DNA from: an uncultured virus (IMG/VR IMGVR_UViG_3300005821_000187)
Taxonomy: Duplodnaviria > Heunggongvirae > Uroviricota > Caudoviricetes
DNA length: 64,000 nucleotides
Strand: one strand, 5' to 3'
Virus record (IMG/VR): IMGVR_UViG_3300005821_000187
Made by a program: the position numbers and the translations under genes. The notes beneath the pieces were generated by a model. The model was not told the origin of the DNA. It made no database searches and worked only from the letters and a program-made list of their open reading frames with translations. Position 1 is the first letter of the stretch; the number at the start of each line of letters is the position of its first letter. Shown piece by piece: positions 9,316 through 17,682 of this stretch.

Positions 9316-10093
9316 GGTGTGGCCTATGGTCTTCGGGCCTAATGTCAATCGAAGTCGCGACCAGCTCCGGTTGCCGCCGCTTGGTGAGTGCTTGCGCCAT
9401 CGAACGAAGGTCATCGGCGGAGAGCTTCACTTGCTGCACTACAGGGTCGACGGGCGACTTCGATGCGCTCTCCCCTTGGCCAGTGAGCCGCAGCACTTCA
9501 TCGCGCCGTTCACGCACTGCATCATCGAGCGCGAGCGCGGCAGCCACGGCCCCCTCGTAGTTACGCGGGCGCACCACGAGCATGGGCTTGCCGGCGAATC
9601 GATGGGGCTCGCCCTTGTCGTCTTCCGCGGGGTAGCGGAGCACTTCGCCCGTTTCCTCATCCCGCACGGGGTCGCACCATTCGATGGCAAAGCCGCGCAG
9701 CTCGTTCATTTGCCTCATCGAGTCGGCGAGCATTTGCACCGTTTGATCGCGCGTCTTCTCTAGGAGCATCTTTTGCGCTTCGGCCCAATACGCGGCCCGG
9801 TGCAGCTCCCATTCGTCTGTGTGCTTCCACTTGCGAAAGATGTGGATCGTCACGTGCTCTTCGTACGTGCGGTCATCGCGCATGTAGTGGTAGCCCTCAT
9901 CGCGGCTCTCCGCGTCGCTCACAAAGTCAGCGAGGGCTTGCTGGCGCACCACGTGGGTCTTCGGGAGATCCTTTTGGAGCGCAGCCTTTTTCGGCTTCAT
10001 GACCCGCTTCTTGCGGGCCTTCTTGACGGGCGCCTTCTTGGGGATGCGCTTCTTTCGCAGTCGCCGTTTCTTGGTGGGCTTGGGATCAGTCAC
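9305..10093 (-). CDS. Basic DNA-binding protein, possibly a terminase small subunit (262 aa)
   Basis: Lys/Arg-rich N-terminus, WKHTDEW segment followed by a long helix. The TerS assignment is only a resemblance. Confidence 0.35.
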   Translation of the reverse strand: MTDPKPTKKRRLRKKRIPKKAPVKKARKKRVMKPKKAALQKDLPKTHVVRQQALADFVSDAESRDEGYHYMRDDRTYEEHVTIHIFRKWKHTDEWELHRAAYWAEAQKMLLEKTRDQTVQMLADSMRQMNELRGFAIEWCDPVRDEETGEVLRYPAEDDKGEPHRFAGKPMLVVRPRNYEGAVAAALALDDAVRERRDEVLRLTGQGESASKSPVDPVVQQVKLSADDLRSMAQALTKRRQPELVATSIDIRPEDHRPHHDE

Positions 10094-10367
10094 GGAGGGC
10101 TCGCAATCGGGCAGTCAGCTCTTCATCGCTCAGCTCAGTGGTATCGCCAAGCGACCGTAGCTCTTCGCGGAGCACCGTGTCGATTGCCTCGCCGATGATC
10201 TGCGCTCGCTGTGCATCGGTGAACAGCACCGTGTGGAGCCGGGTCGGGACGCGCACGTGTGGCTTATCCTTGCGCGCATCCCATGCCACCCGCACTGACG
10301 CGGGCGCCACCCCAAACAAGTAGCCCACGCGGAGCTGTAGCGACTCTTCTATCTCTTGGCGTGTCAC
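10086..10367 (-). CDS. Hypothetical protein (93 aa)
   Basis: Coupled ORF between the resolvase and the 262-aa gene. Confidence 0.5.
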   Translation of the reverse strand: MTRQEIEESLQLRVGYLFGVAPASVRVAWDARKDKPHVRVPTRLHTVLFTDAQRAQIIGEAIDTVLREELRSLGDTTELSDEELTARLRALRD

Positions 10368-10894
10368 TAGGTGTTCTCAGCGCGACGGCCATGCTCCCCG
10401 ATCAATAGAGCTTCGGCTCGCCCGTCATCCTTTTTGCGTTTCAGCTCATCGGCAAGGTACGGGAAGAGCTGTAGCGCCCGCATGCGCGACGCTTCCTTCC
10501 CCTTGGGCTGCCCGGCGAGCATGGCCTTTTTCCACCGCTGCGGGGTGACGTAGTGCAGAGCGCACCCGAACGCCGCGACCACGCCTTCCCACTGCCCGAA
10601 GTTACGCCCGAACGAGAACATGCTCGTAACGCCTTGGCCGGGCATCGCGGAGACCTTCTCGATGTGAACGACAACGCGCGCGCCGTCTTGCATGGCCTCA
10701 CGAATCAGCCCCGCCATGAGCACGGGGCTCGCCTCTTTTTTGACGGTTTTCGTGACCTTGCCCGTTGTCTTGTTCTTACGCACCTTGGTACTGGTCTCGA
10801 CAAGCGGGCAGTCCGCAACGCGCCACGTGCCGTCCATGTAGACGGCGAGCGCCCCGCTCTTGCCAGGGTCTATGCCTATGTGGACGACCTTCAA
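10367..10894 (-). CDS. ruvC: RuvC-like Holliday junction resolvase (175 aa)
   Basis: IGIDPGKSGA, HIEKV...QGVTSMFSFG, VTPQRWKK and DDGRAEALLI motifs. Confidence 0.88.
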   Translation of the reverse strand: MKVVHIGIDPGKSGALAVYMDGTWRVADCPLVETSTKVRKNKTTGKVTKTVKKEASPVLMAGLIREAMQDGARVVVHIEKVSAMPGQGVTSMFSFGRNFGQWEGVVAAFGCALHYVTPQRWKKAMLAGQPKGKEASRMRALQLFPYLADELKRKKDDGRAEALLIGEHGRRAENT

Positions 10895-11349
10895 GCCTCG
10901 GCACTCTCAGGCGCGGGCTCGGCTTCGGGCTCGGCTTCGGGCTCGGGCTCTGGCTCAGTGTCGCGTCGCGCTTGCTCATAGCGGTCGAGCTTTTCGGATT
11001 GGCTATCCGTTGCGGGGCGGAGCTTCATGAACTTGACGCCTTCGGAGACCAGCAAGGCATCGATGCCATTCTCTTTGAGCCATTCCCCCAGCCGCTTGAT
11101 CGCGTCCATCGGAGTGCCCTTGCCCACTTCGACGATGTTCACTTCATCGAGCTTGCCCATGATGAACGCGCTACCCCCGTCGACCGGGAGCTTCTGGATC
11201 GCATCCGCATCGAAGTATTCGATCACTTCGTACCAATGCTCCGTGTCGCGCCGCACTTCATCGGGCGCTTCGTACTTGTGAATGCGGCTCCGTAGGCGCT
11301 CGTTCTCGCGCCTCAATCGGTCCCGATCCTTGCTCACTTCCGTTTTCAT
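10891..11349 (-). CDS. Hypothetical protein (152 aa) with a Glu/Pro C-terminal tail
   Basis: ATG 11349 overlaps the upstream stop (ATGA) and follows a GGGGG RBS. Confidence 0.55.
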   Translation of the reverse strand: MKTEVSKDRDRLRRENERLRSRIHKYEAPDEVRRDTEHWYEVIEYFDADAIQKLPVDGGSAFIMGKLDEVNIVEVGKGTPMDAIKRLGEWLKENGIDALLVSEGVKFMKLRPATDSQSEKLDRYEQARRDTEPEPEPEAEPEAEPAPESAEA

Positions 11350-14330
11350 GCTGCCCCCGCTTCGGCTTCGGGCGCCGCCACCGGCAGCGCGCTTAGATCC
11401 CATACCTGATCGAACTCGCTTTGTACGGATAGATCGTGGTCAATGACAACCACGGATGTTCGATCCAGGTCTCGGAGGATATCGCATACGATCGGCTTTT
11501 CGTCTTGCCCTAGGTGGGTCGTCAGCTCGTCCACGATGAGAGTATTGACCCGCACCCCGCAGCGATTGAACACCATCTCGCCTAGCGCGAATGGATTGAA
11601 CGCCAGCTCCACGCATCGGCGCTCTCCACCGCTGAGCTGTTCGTAACGGCGCTCGTGCACCTTCCCGCTTACCGGGTCGACGGCATAGAAGTGGATCTTT
11701 AGCTCTTCGCCCTTCATGAGCATTTTCGTGAAGATCCGGCCCTGTAAGAGCTGGCTCATGAACGTGTTGGCGTAGGTCTCTAGCTCGTGAAGCGCCGCGC
11801 GGAGCACAAGCACCGGGAGCCCCTTGGCCCCGAAGCCCCGCTCCCAGAACGAAAAATCGTTCCGCTTCTCATCGTACGAATCCATCTCGACCCGATCCGC
11901 CGCTTGCTTGCTCGTGAGCGTGGCCACCTTGGCTTCGCACTCGGCTTGCTTGGCCCCGAAGGGGTTCACTTCGCGCTCGCGTCGCGTGTACTCCGCGCGA
12001 GCCTCGTGCAGCCGCTTCTCCGCGTTCACCCGGTTAGTCTTGATCACGGTCAAGGTGTTGAGGGCTTCGGCGCACTTTTCGAGTGCTGCCCGGCTCTCTT
12101 TGATCTGCGCTTCGATGTGCGCGGCTTGCTGATCAACGCCCGTGTCTAGCTCGCCCATCTTGACGCTGAGATCGCTCATTTTCACATCGAACGTCTGAAT
12201 GGTCGCCGCGAAGCCGCGCACTTTGGCGTCCAGGGCGGCGGCGTGTTGCTCTTGGTGGGACGCATCGAAGGGCCGCTCGCAAGTCGGGCACACGCTCGTG
12301 CCCTTTTTCATCGCATCGTAGTGCCGATCTAGCTCTTGGCGCACAAGGGCTTCATCGCGCTCGACCATGGCCTTTTCGGCTTTGAGCGCGCCGAACTGTT
12401 GCTGTAGCTCCGCGGCCTTGTTCTGCGGCGACGATCGAACCAGCGACTTGGTGAGCGTGTCGACGTGCTCCGTATGGCTAGCCTTGCTTTCCAGCCATTG
12501 CTCTTCGCTCTTCAAGTGCCCATCGCACTGCGCCATTAGCTCTTTGGCGCCCTCGCCCTCTTTTTTCGCGGCCTCTAGGGCAATCTGACGTTGCTCTTCC
12601 CACTGCACGATCTGCGTCTTGTAGTCCGTTTCTTGGAGCACTTGGATCGCGCGCTCATCGGAGTGCATTTGCATCCGTAGTCGCTCCACGGAGCCCTCTA
12701 CGTCTTTGAGCCGGGCGCGTACATACGTTTGGGCAGCCGGGCATGCGTCCAGCCCGAACGCGGCGCTCAGAAGGTCTTTGCGGCGCTTGTCAGCGTCCGT
12801 GACAAAGTTGCCCACGGACCCTTGGCCCAAGTAGACGCACGTGCGCCAAAGGGCGTGATTGATCCCCAGCGTGGCGTGAATCAGCTCTTGCTGGTCGGCG
12901 ATGCCATCGGGGGCCTTGATCCCCGTGATCTTGGCCTTGCTCCCGGTGCCTCGCTTCTTAGTGCGCGTGACGACCACGGGCTGCTTCCGGCCCTGTAGCG
13001 CCACTTCGGCGACCACGGTGCAGTTAGTCGCCTCATCATGGACCACTTCATCGGCCCGAAGGCTCGCGCCATGGCTGCCCGCTTTGCGGGGCGTGGTCGT
13101 CCCAAAGAAGACCCATGTGAGCGCATCCATCATGGACGTTTTGCCGGCGCCCATCGGGCCTTTGATCAGCGTCACCCCCTCGGGGAAGTCGAAGGATCGC
13201 GTGCCCCGAACCCCGCAGAAGTCCGTAACGGTTACCCGCTTGATATCAACTTCTGGCGATAACGGTTGTACCGCTCGCGCGTCTGGGATCTCCGCCATGA
13301 TGGTCTGGCCAAGCTGGCGCAGCCGGAACTTGTCGAGATCGGTGCCATCGCAGTCTTCGACCCATTGGTGCATGGCCTCATCGAGCCCCATGGCGATCGA
13401 CGGGACGCTAACCGCTTCATCTTCCTCAGTCGCCAAGAGCGTGCGCACGTCGGCCGCTGGGATCGTTTCGATTACCTGAGCGAGCCTATCCGTGCCCATT
13501 ACATCGGCGGGTGCGTGCACTTCGACGATATCGTGCGGCGCGATCACGGCCGCGTCTTTCCAGCTCTTGCCGTAGACCAGCCGATGGTGCTTGGGCAGAT
13601 CATCGAAGTCGATAAAGTGGGGCTCGGCTCGGCCCTCTTCGATAAGCGCCACCCCGTGCGGCATGTCGCGCTCCCCGAAATTCTGTTCGAAGGGCGAGCC
13701 CAAGTACCACGTGTGCGCGCCTAGCTTCTGGCGCTTGTGGTAGTGCCCGCAGTAGCACGCACGCGTATCCGCCTCTACTTCGGCAATGCTCACGCGACCG
13801 GGCGAGATATGCGAGCCGTTGGTAGTCGCGCCTTGCACTTCGGCATGCGCAAAGACGGTCCAGGGAACGCCGCCCTCTAGCTGCGCAAAGAGCTTCGCTT
13901 GTTCGCCCGGCTCTTCGCGCCACGGCAAGAATGCGACCTTGCTATGGTGCCAAAGCAAGGGCTCAGTCGCGATCGTGATATTGGGGTACGCGCCAAACAT
14001 GCGCACGCCGTGGATCGTCCCGTCTTGGCTCACTTGATCGTGATTGCCCGGAATGATCACGAACTCGATACCCTTCCACTGGTCAAGCTCATCGAGTAGC
14101 GCGTCCATTTGCCGCACGTTCAAGACGCCGCGTTGATGCCAGAAGTCACCCGTACAGATCACCATCGCGTCATGCGTCTGCGCGAGCACCCGCACGCGCG
14201 CGAGCACGTCTAGGCTACGGTCGAGCGTCTTTTGCGACACGTGAAGATCGCCGAAGACTACCGCCTTCCACGGAGTGAGCTTCACGTCGTCAATCGGGCG
14301 TGCGGTTTTCTTGCGTTTTTTAGTCGTCAC
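11346..14330 (-). CDS. Fused Mre11/SbcD nuclease - Rad50/SbcC ATPase (994 aa)
   Basis: Phosphoesterase motifs GDLH, GDFW, GNHD, AHAE, GHYH; then Walker A GPMGAGKTS, Q-loop YLGQG, coiled coil with CPTC zinc hook, signature LSGGE, Walker B IVDE, and IDHD. Confidence 0.92.
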   Translation of the reverse strand: MTTKKRKKTARPIDDVKLTPWKAVVFGDLHVSQKTLDRSLDVLARVRVLAQTHDAMVICTGDFWHQRGVLNVRQMDALLDELDQWKGIEFVIIPGNHDQVSQDGTIHGVRMFGAYPNITIATEPLLWHHSKVAFLPWREEPGEQAKLFAQLEGGVPWTVFAHAEVQGATTNGSHISPGRVSIAEVEADTRACYCGHYHKRQKLGAHTWYLGSPFEQNFGERDMPHGVALIEEGRAEPHFIDFDDLPKHHRLVYGKSWKDAAVIAPHDIVEVHAPADVMGTDRLAQVIETIPAADVRTLLATEEDEAVSVPSIAMGLDEAMHQWVEDCDGTDLDKFRLRQLGQTIMAEIPDARAVQPLSPEVDIKRVTVTDFCGVRGTRSFDFPEGVTLIKGPMGAGKTSMMDALTWVFFGTTTPRKAGSHGASLRADEVVHDEATNCTVVAEVALQGRKQPVVVTRTKKRGTGSKAKITGIKAPDGIADQQELIHATLGINHALWRTCVYLGQGSVGNFVTDADKRRKDLLSAAFGLDACPAAQTYVRARLKDVEGSVERLRMQMHSDERAIQVLQETDYKTQIVQWEEQRQIALEAAKKEGEGAKELMAQCDGHLKSEEQWLESKASHTEHVDTLTKSLVRSSPQNKAAELQQQFGALKAEKAMVERDEALVRQELDRHYDAMKKGTSVCPTCERPFDASHQEQHAAALDAKVRGFAATIQTFDVKMSDLSVKMGELDTGVDQQAAHIEAQIKESRAALEKCAEALNTLTVIKTNRVNAEKRLHEARAEYTRREREVNPFGAKQAECEAKVATLTSKQAADRVEMDSYDEKRNDFSFWERGFGAKGLPVLVLRAALHELETYANTFMSQLLQGRIFTKMLMKGEELKIHFYAVDPVSGKVHERRYEQLSGGERRCVELAFNPFALGEMVFNRCGVRVNTLIVDELTTHLGQDEKPIVCDILRDLDRTSVVVIDHDLSVQSEFDQVWDLSALPVAAPEAEAGAA

Positions 14331-14562
14331 TACGTTCCACCATCGTCTTTACCGTGCCGTCCAGTTTCAGGATCACATCGAACACCTTGTCGCCGATCTG
14401 AATCCACCACGTGTCATCGTCCATGCGCTCGGCATGCAACCAATCCGCGATCACAACCTCATCGAGATCGCCTAAGTCCACTGCCGAAACCGGCGTGTTC
14501 CCCGTGTGCGCTATGAACCGCCACTTCCTGCATGACGGTGCCCCCCTACGTAGATCGGTCAT
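14320..14562 (-). CDS. Hypothetical protein (80 aa)
   Basis: ATG 14562 overlaps the recA stop (ATGA); reads MTDLRRG...WLHAERMDDDTWWIQIG. Confidence 0.55.
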   Translation of the reverse strand: MTDLRRGAPSCRKWRFIAHTGNTPVSAVDLGDLDEVVIADWLHAERMDDDTWWIQIGDKVFDVILKLDGTVKTMVERSDD

Positions 14563-15674
14563 TCCCCCAGATACCTCGCTACCAGTTTTTGGTAAAGCTC
14601 CGGCCGCTCGTTCATGAGCGCCCCGAACCCTACGAAGCCGTGTTGAAACGTGACGGGCTCTTGGCCGGGTTCCACGAGCGAATACCACGCGCCCCGCTGG
14701 ACCACCCACTTGTGCCCATCGCCTTCACCGTGCTCTAGCGCCCAATCGAAAAGCGTGAACGAGTTATCAAAGCCGCTCCCATAGATCAGCCCCGCTTTGG
14801 TGTGCGGAGGCATCGGCCCTAGTCGCGTCTTTTTGACCTGGCACTCGACTTCATGGCCGATCAAGCGGAGCCCCGATTTGACTTGGCCCTTGCGCATGAG
14901 CCTCACGCGTAGATGTGGGAAGTAGCGCAGCCCGCTCCCGCCCGGCGTTTGCAAGCCACCGAACGGTCCCAGCTCTTTGTAGAAGTGATTCGTCACGACC
15001 AGACACGCCCGAAGGTCGGGAAGCCGGAGCATGATGCGCCGAAGGTTTTGCTTGATTCGCTTGGCGCCGACCGCCATGTGATTCGAGTCGCTTTCGCCCT
15101 CGCTCTCCGCTTTGGCCGGCGTGCCCCCGATCGAATCCCACACGATGAACAGAGGCGCGAGCGTGCGCTCACGGCCTAGCTCTTCCTGGCGATCTAGGAT
15201 CTCATCGATGCGCGTGAAGCACTCTTCGATCGTGTACGCGCTCATGTGGATCACCTTCTGAGGGTCGACCCCTAGAAGCTCCATGTAGCCCAAGTCGCGC
15301 GCGCCCTCAGTGTCAATGACCGCCGCTGTACCGCCGGCCCGCTGGACCTGAGCCACGGACTGGTCGAGTAGGGTGCTCTTGCCGACCCCTTCCCACGCCG
15401 CCACTTCCACGAGCGAGCCCACTGGCCAGCCGCCCCCGCTCAGCTTGTCGAGCGCGAGCACGCCAGTCGGGAGCCGTTCACGGCTTTTCAGGAATATCGA
15501 GTCAGATAGGAACCGAAACGACGTGTCGTCCTCGCTCCCTTTGAGCCCTTTCAGGAACTCTCTCGCGCTCGCCGGCTTCGCCGTGGGTTTGCGCTTCCGC
15601 GGAGCCTTCGTAGGGGCCTTCCGCGGGGCTTTCTTGGGGGCTTTCTTAGTGGTCTTTTTCCGGGCAACCGCCAT
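14559..15674 (-). CDS. recA: RecA/UvsX recombinase (371 aa)
   Basis: LPTGVLALD...GGGWPVG, P-loop AWEGVGKST, IDTEGA, VWDSIG, TPGGSGLRYF and QRGAWY motifs. Confidence 0.93.
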   Translation of the reverse strand: MAVARKKTTKKAPKKAPRKAPTKAPRKRKPTAKPASAREFLKGLKGSEDDTSFRFLSDSIFLKSRERLPTGVLALDKLSGGGWPVGSLVEVAAWEGVGKSTLLDQSVAQVQRAGGTAAVIDTEGARDLGYMELLGVDPQKVIHMSAYTIEECFTRIDEILDRQEELGRERTLAPLFIVWDSIGGTPAKAESEGESDSNHMAVGAKRIKQNLRRIMLRLPDLRACLVVTNHFYKELGPFGGLQTPGGSGLRYFPHLRVRLMRKGQVKSGLRLIGHEVECQVKKTRLGPMPPHTKAGLIYGSGFDNSFTLFDWALEHGEGDGHKWVVQRGAWYSLVEPGQEPVTFQHGFVGFGALMNERPELYQKLVARYLGE

Positions 15675-17032
15675 TAGAACGGCGTTGCCCCTTGGTTCTC
15701 ACCAAGCAAGCCTTGCTCAAAGTCTTCCGGGGTTTGCCCGGCCGGTGGTGCCGCTGGGGGCGTTGGAGGGGACGGCTGCATGCCAGCCGGAAGCCCCGGC
15801 GCGGGCGCTGCGGTGGGGGGCACGTTCGGGGAGCCCACGGGCGGAGCCGCGGGAATGCCCCCTGGCGCCGTAGCGGGCGGATACCCCGCGGGGGCGGCTT
15901 GCGGGACAGGCGGAGCCACGGGAGCCGCCGGAGGGGCCGCTGGGGGCGTTGGAGGGACCATTTGAGGCGCTGGGGCCGGTGGGACCGCCGCTGGGGGCGC
16001 TGCCATCGGAGTCAAAGGCGCTTGCGGGGGCGGCTGGTAGGCCGCGGGGGCCGCTACCGGAACCGCCACCGTCGCTAGCATGTTCTGCGCGATGAGCTGC
16101 ATCTCTGGGAGCGAGTAGAAGTGTACCTGAGCCTGTAGGTCGATCAGATTCGCGAGCACGGGCATGAGCTGCGCATCGAGCTGGGAGGGGGCCGTGTCCA
16201 TGGCGGAGTATTCGATCTCCATGGAGCCGGCGCCGGTCTTGGTCTTGATCAGCTCCATGGCGTAGCCGGTCACGGGATGCGTCGCGTCGCCCTTCTTTTC
16301 AAAGAACTTCGTAACCGCACGGTGCAGCGTAGGTGACATTCGCATGATGCCCGGAACCACGTCCCACACGGGATCGCCGCTGGCTTGGAGCATGGGCTGT
16401 TGAGTCGCCTCATCGAACCGTTGGCGGAAGTGCTGGTTCAAGTTGTCGAGCGCAAGGGCTTGCCACATGTACTTCCCCTTCGGGCGGTACTTGGCCAGAT
16501 CGCCGGTCGTGTCGAGCTTTTGCGCTTCGCAGATCGGGCACCGTCCGGGGCCGCCCTCGCTATCGTAGCAAGTGGCATATACGAACTGGCGCTTACCTGC
16601 ATCGGGCACGAGCGTCGCTTCCAAACGGTGCTCCGCGTACTTCACATGCGCGAAGCTGCGCCCCGTGACCCACGGCGGAAGCAAGCGCACCGGGAGCGAC
16701 ACGCTATCGCCGATCGTGCTCGGAGTCGCTGGGAAGTTGAGATAGATTCTCTTGCCCGTAGAGCTGAAAACGCTCTGACTGTCTTGGCCCATCGCACCTA
16801 CGTCGACCGCTCCGTAGCTGGGCACCGCTTGTGCTGCGGGCACCATCGGCGCGGGGGCTGCCATCGGCATGGGCGCGGGCACTGGCACGGCTACAGGCGC
16901 GGGGGCGGGAGCCGGCGGAACCGGGGGCGCAACGGCGGCTTGGGCTTCAAGCACTTCCCCGGTCTGCGGGTTGTACATGTAAGCCGGGTTCTGGGGGTGG
17001 ATTAGGTATCCGGGGGGGAGCTGCATTGTCAT
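15674..17032 (-). CDS. gp32-like single-stranded DNA-binding protein with Pro/Ala-rich extensions (452 aa)
   Basis: VRLLPP, H...CY...CPICE Zn motif, DATHPVTGY...IKTKTGAG...EY; lies next to recA; C-terminus ends TPF. Confidence 0.7.
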   Translation of the reverse strand: MTMQLPPGYLIHPQNPAYMYNPQTGEVLEAQAAVAPPVPPAPAPAPVAVPVPAPMPMAAPAPMVPAAQAVPSYGAVDVGAMGQDSQSVFSSTGKRIYLNFPATPSTIGDSVSLPVRLLPPWVTGRSFAHVKYAEHRLEATLVPDAGKRQFVYATCYDSEGGPGRCPICEAQKLDTTGDLAKYRPKGKYMWQALALDNLNQHFRQRFDEATQQPMLQASGDPVWDVVPGIMRMSPTLHRAVTKFFEKKGDATHPVTGYAMELIKTKTGAGSMEIEYSAMDTAPSQLDAQLMPVLANLIDLQAQVHFYSLPEMQLIAQNMLATVAVPVAAPAAYQPPPQAPLTPMAAPPAAVPPAPAPQMVPPTPPAAPPAAPVAPPVPQAAPAGYPPATAPGGIPAAPPVGSPNVPPTAAPAPGLPAGMQPSPPTPPAAPPAGQTPEDFEQGLLGENQGATPF

Positions 17033-17649
17033 TCGCCTTTCAGAGACCGCACGTAGTCGGCCGCTGCTTTTGCTGAGCCGCTTTGCTGGATTGCTTCGGC
17101 GGTTGCCTGGTCCAGCTCTTCAAGCTCAGTCAGTCGTTGCTGTTGATCGTCGTACCGTATCGAAGACTCGTGCCCTGCCATGAGCTTGCTTTGATGCTCT
17201 TGGGCGCGGGCCTTCATAAGAAACGCGTTTTTCGCGTCCGCAAACAAGTTAGAGAGCACGCGGAGACTCTTTGGCGCGTCGACCATCTCCACGTATTCCT
17301 CGTGCTGCCGGTAGAAGCCTTCGACTTCCGCCACCGTGGGCTTCTTTTCCGCAGACTCGCGAAACTCCGCGGCCTTCTGCGCCTTCCAACGCACGTACCG
17401 CGTGTCGAGCTGATCGGCGCCCCATTCACACGCACGCTGCGCTCGCGCCATCTCCATGTAGAGCGGGCTCACGCTTTGGTTGTCGAAGGGCAGCGCATCG
17501 ATATCCGTGGTCAACAGCTCCATGAGATTTTCGCGGTGGATCGAAAACTCATTCCCAAGAGGGTCGACCAGCCCATCCAAGTGAACGGGCATTGATAGCT
17601 TCAATCGGCGAACGATCTCGCTCGCCGGCACAAAACGATTCGGGGGCAT
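17029..17649 (-). CDS. Putative UvsY-like recombination mediator (206 aa)
   Basis: All-helical, with a KKPTVAEVE...EEY segment; position between polA and SSB/recA. Confidence 0.45.
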   Translation of the reverse strand: MPPNRFVPASEIVRRLKLSMPVHLDGLVDPLGNEFSIHRENLMELLTTDIDALPFDNQSVSPLYMEMARAQRACEWGADQLDTRYVRWKAQKAAEFRESAEKKPTVAEVEGFYRQHEEYVEMVDAPKSLRVLSNLFADAKNAFLMKARAQEHQSKLMAGHESSIRYDDQQQRLTELEELDQATAEAIQQSGSAKAAADYVRSLKGE

Positions 17650-17682
17650 GTCTTACCTATACAACTTCTGATCAGAGGATAT

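Noticed and set aside
10905..10960. Short tandem GGCTCG/GGCTTCG repeats
   Set aside because: They encode the Glu-Pro/Glu-Ala tail of a protein; not a CRISPR or regulatory array.
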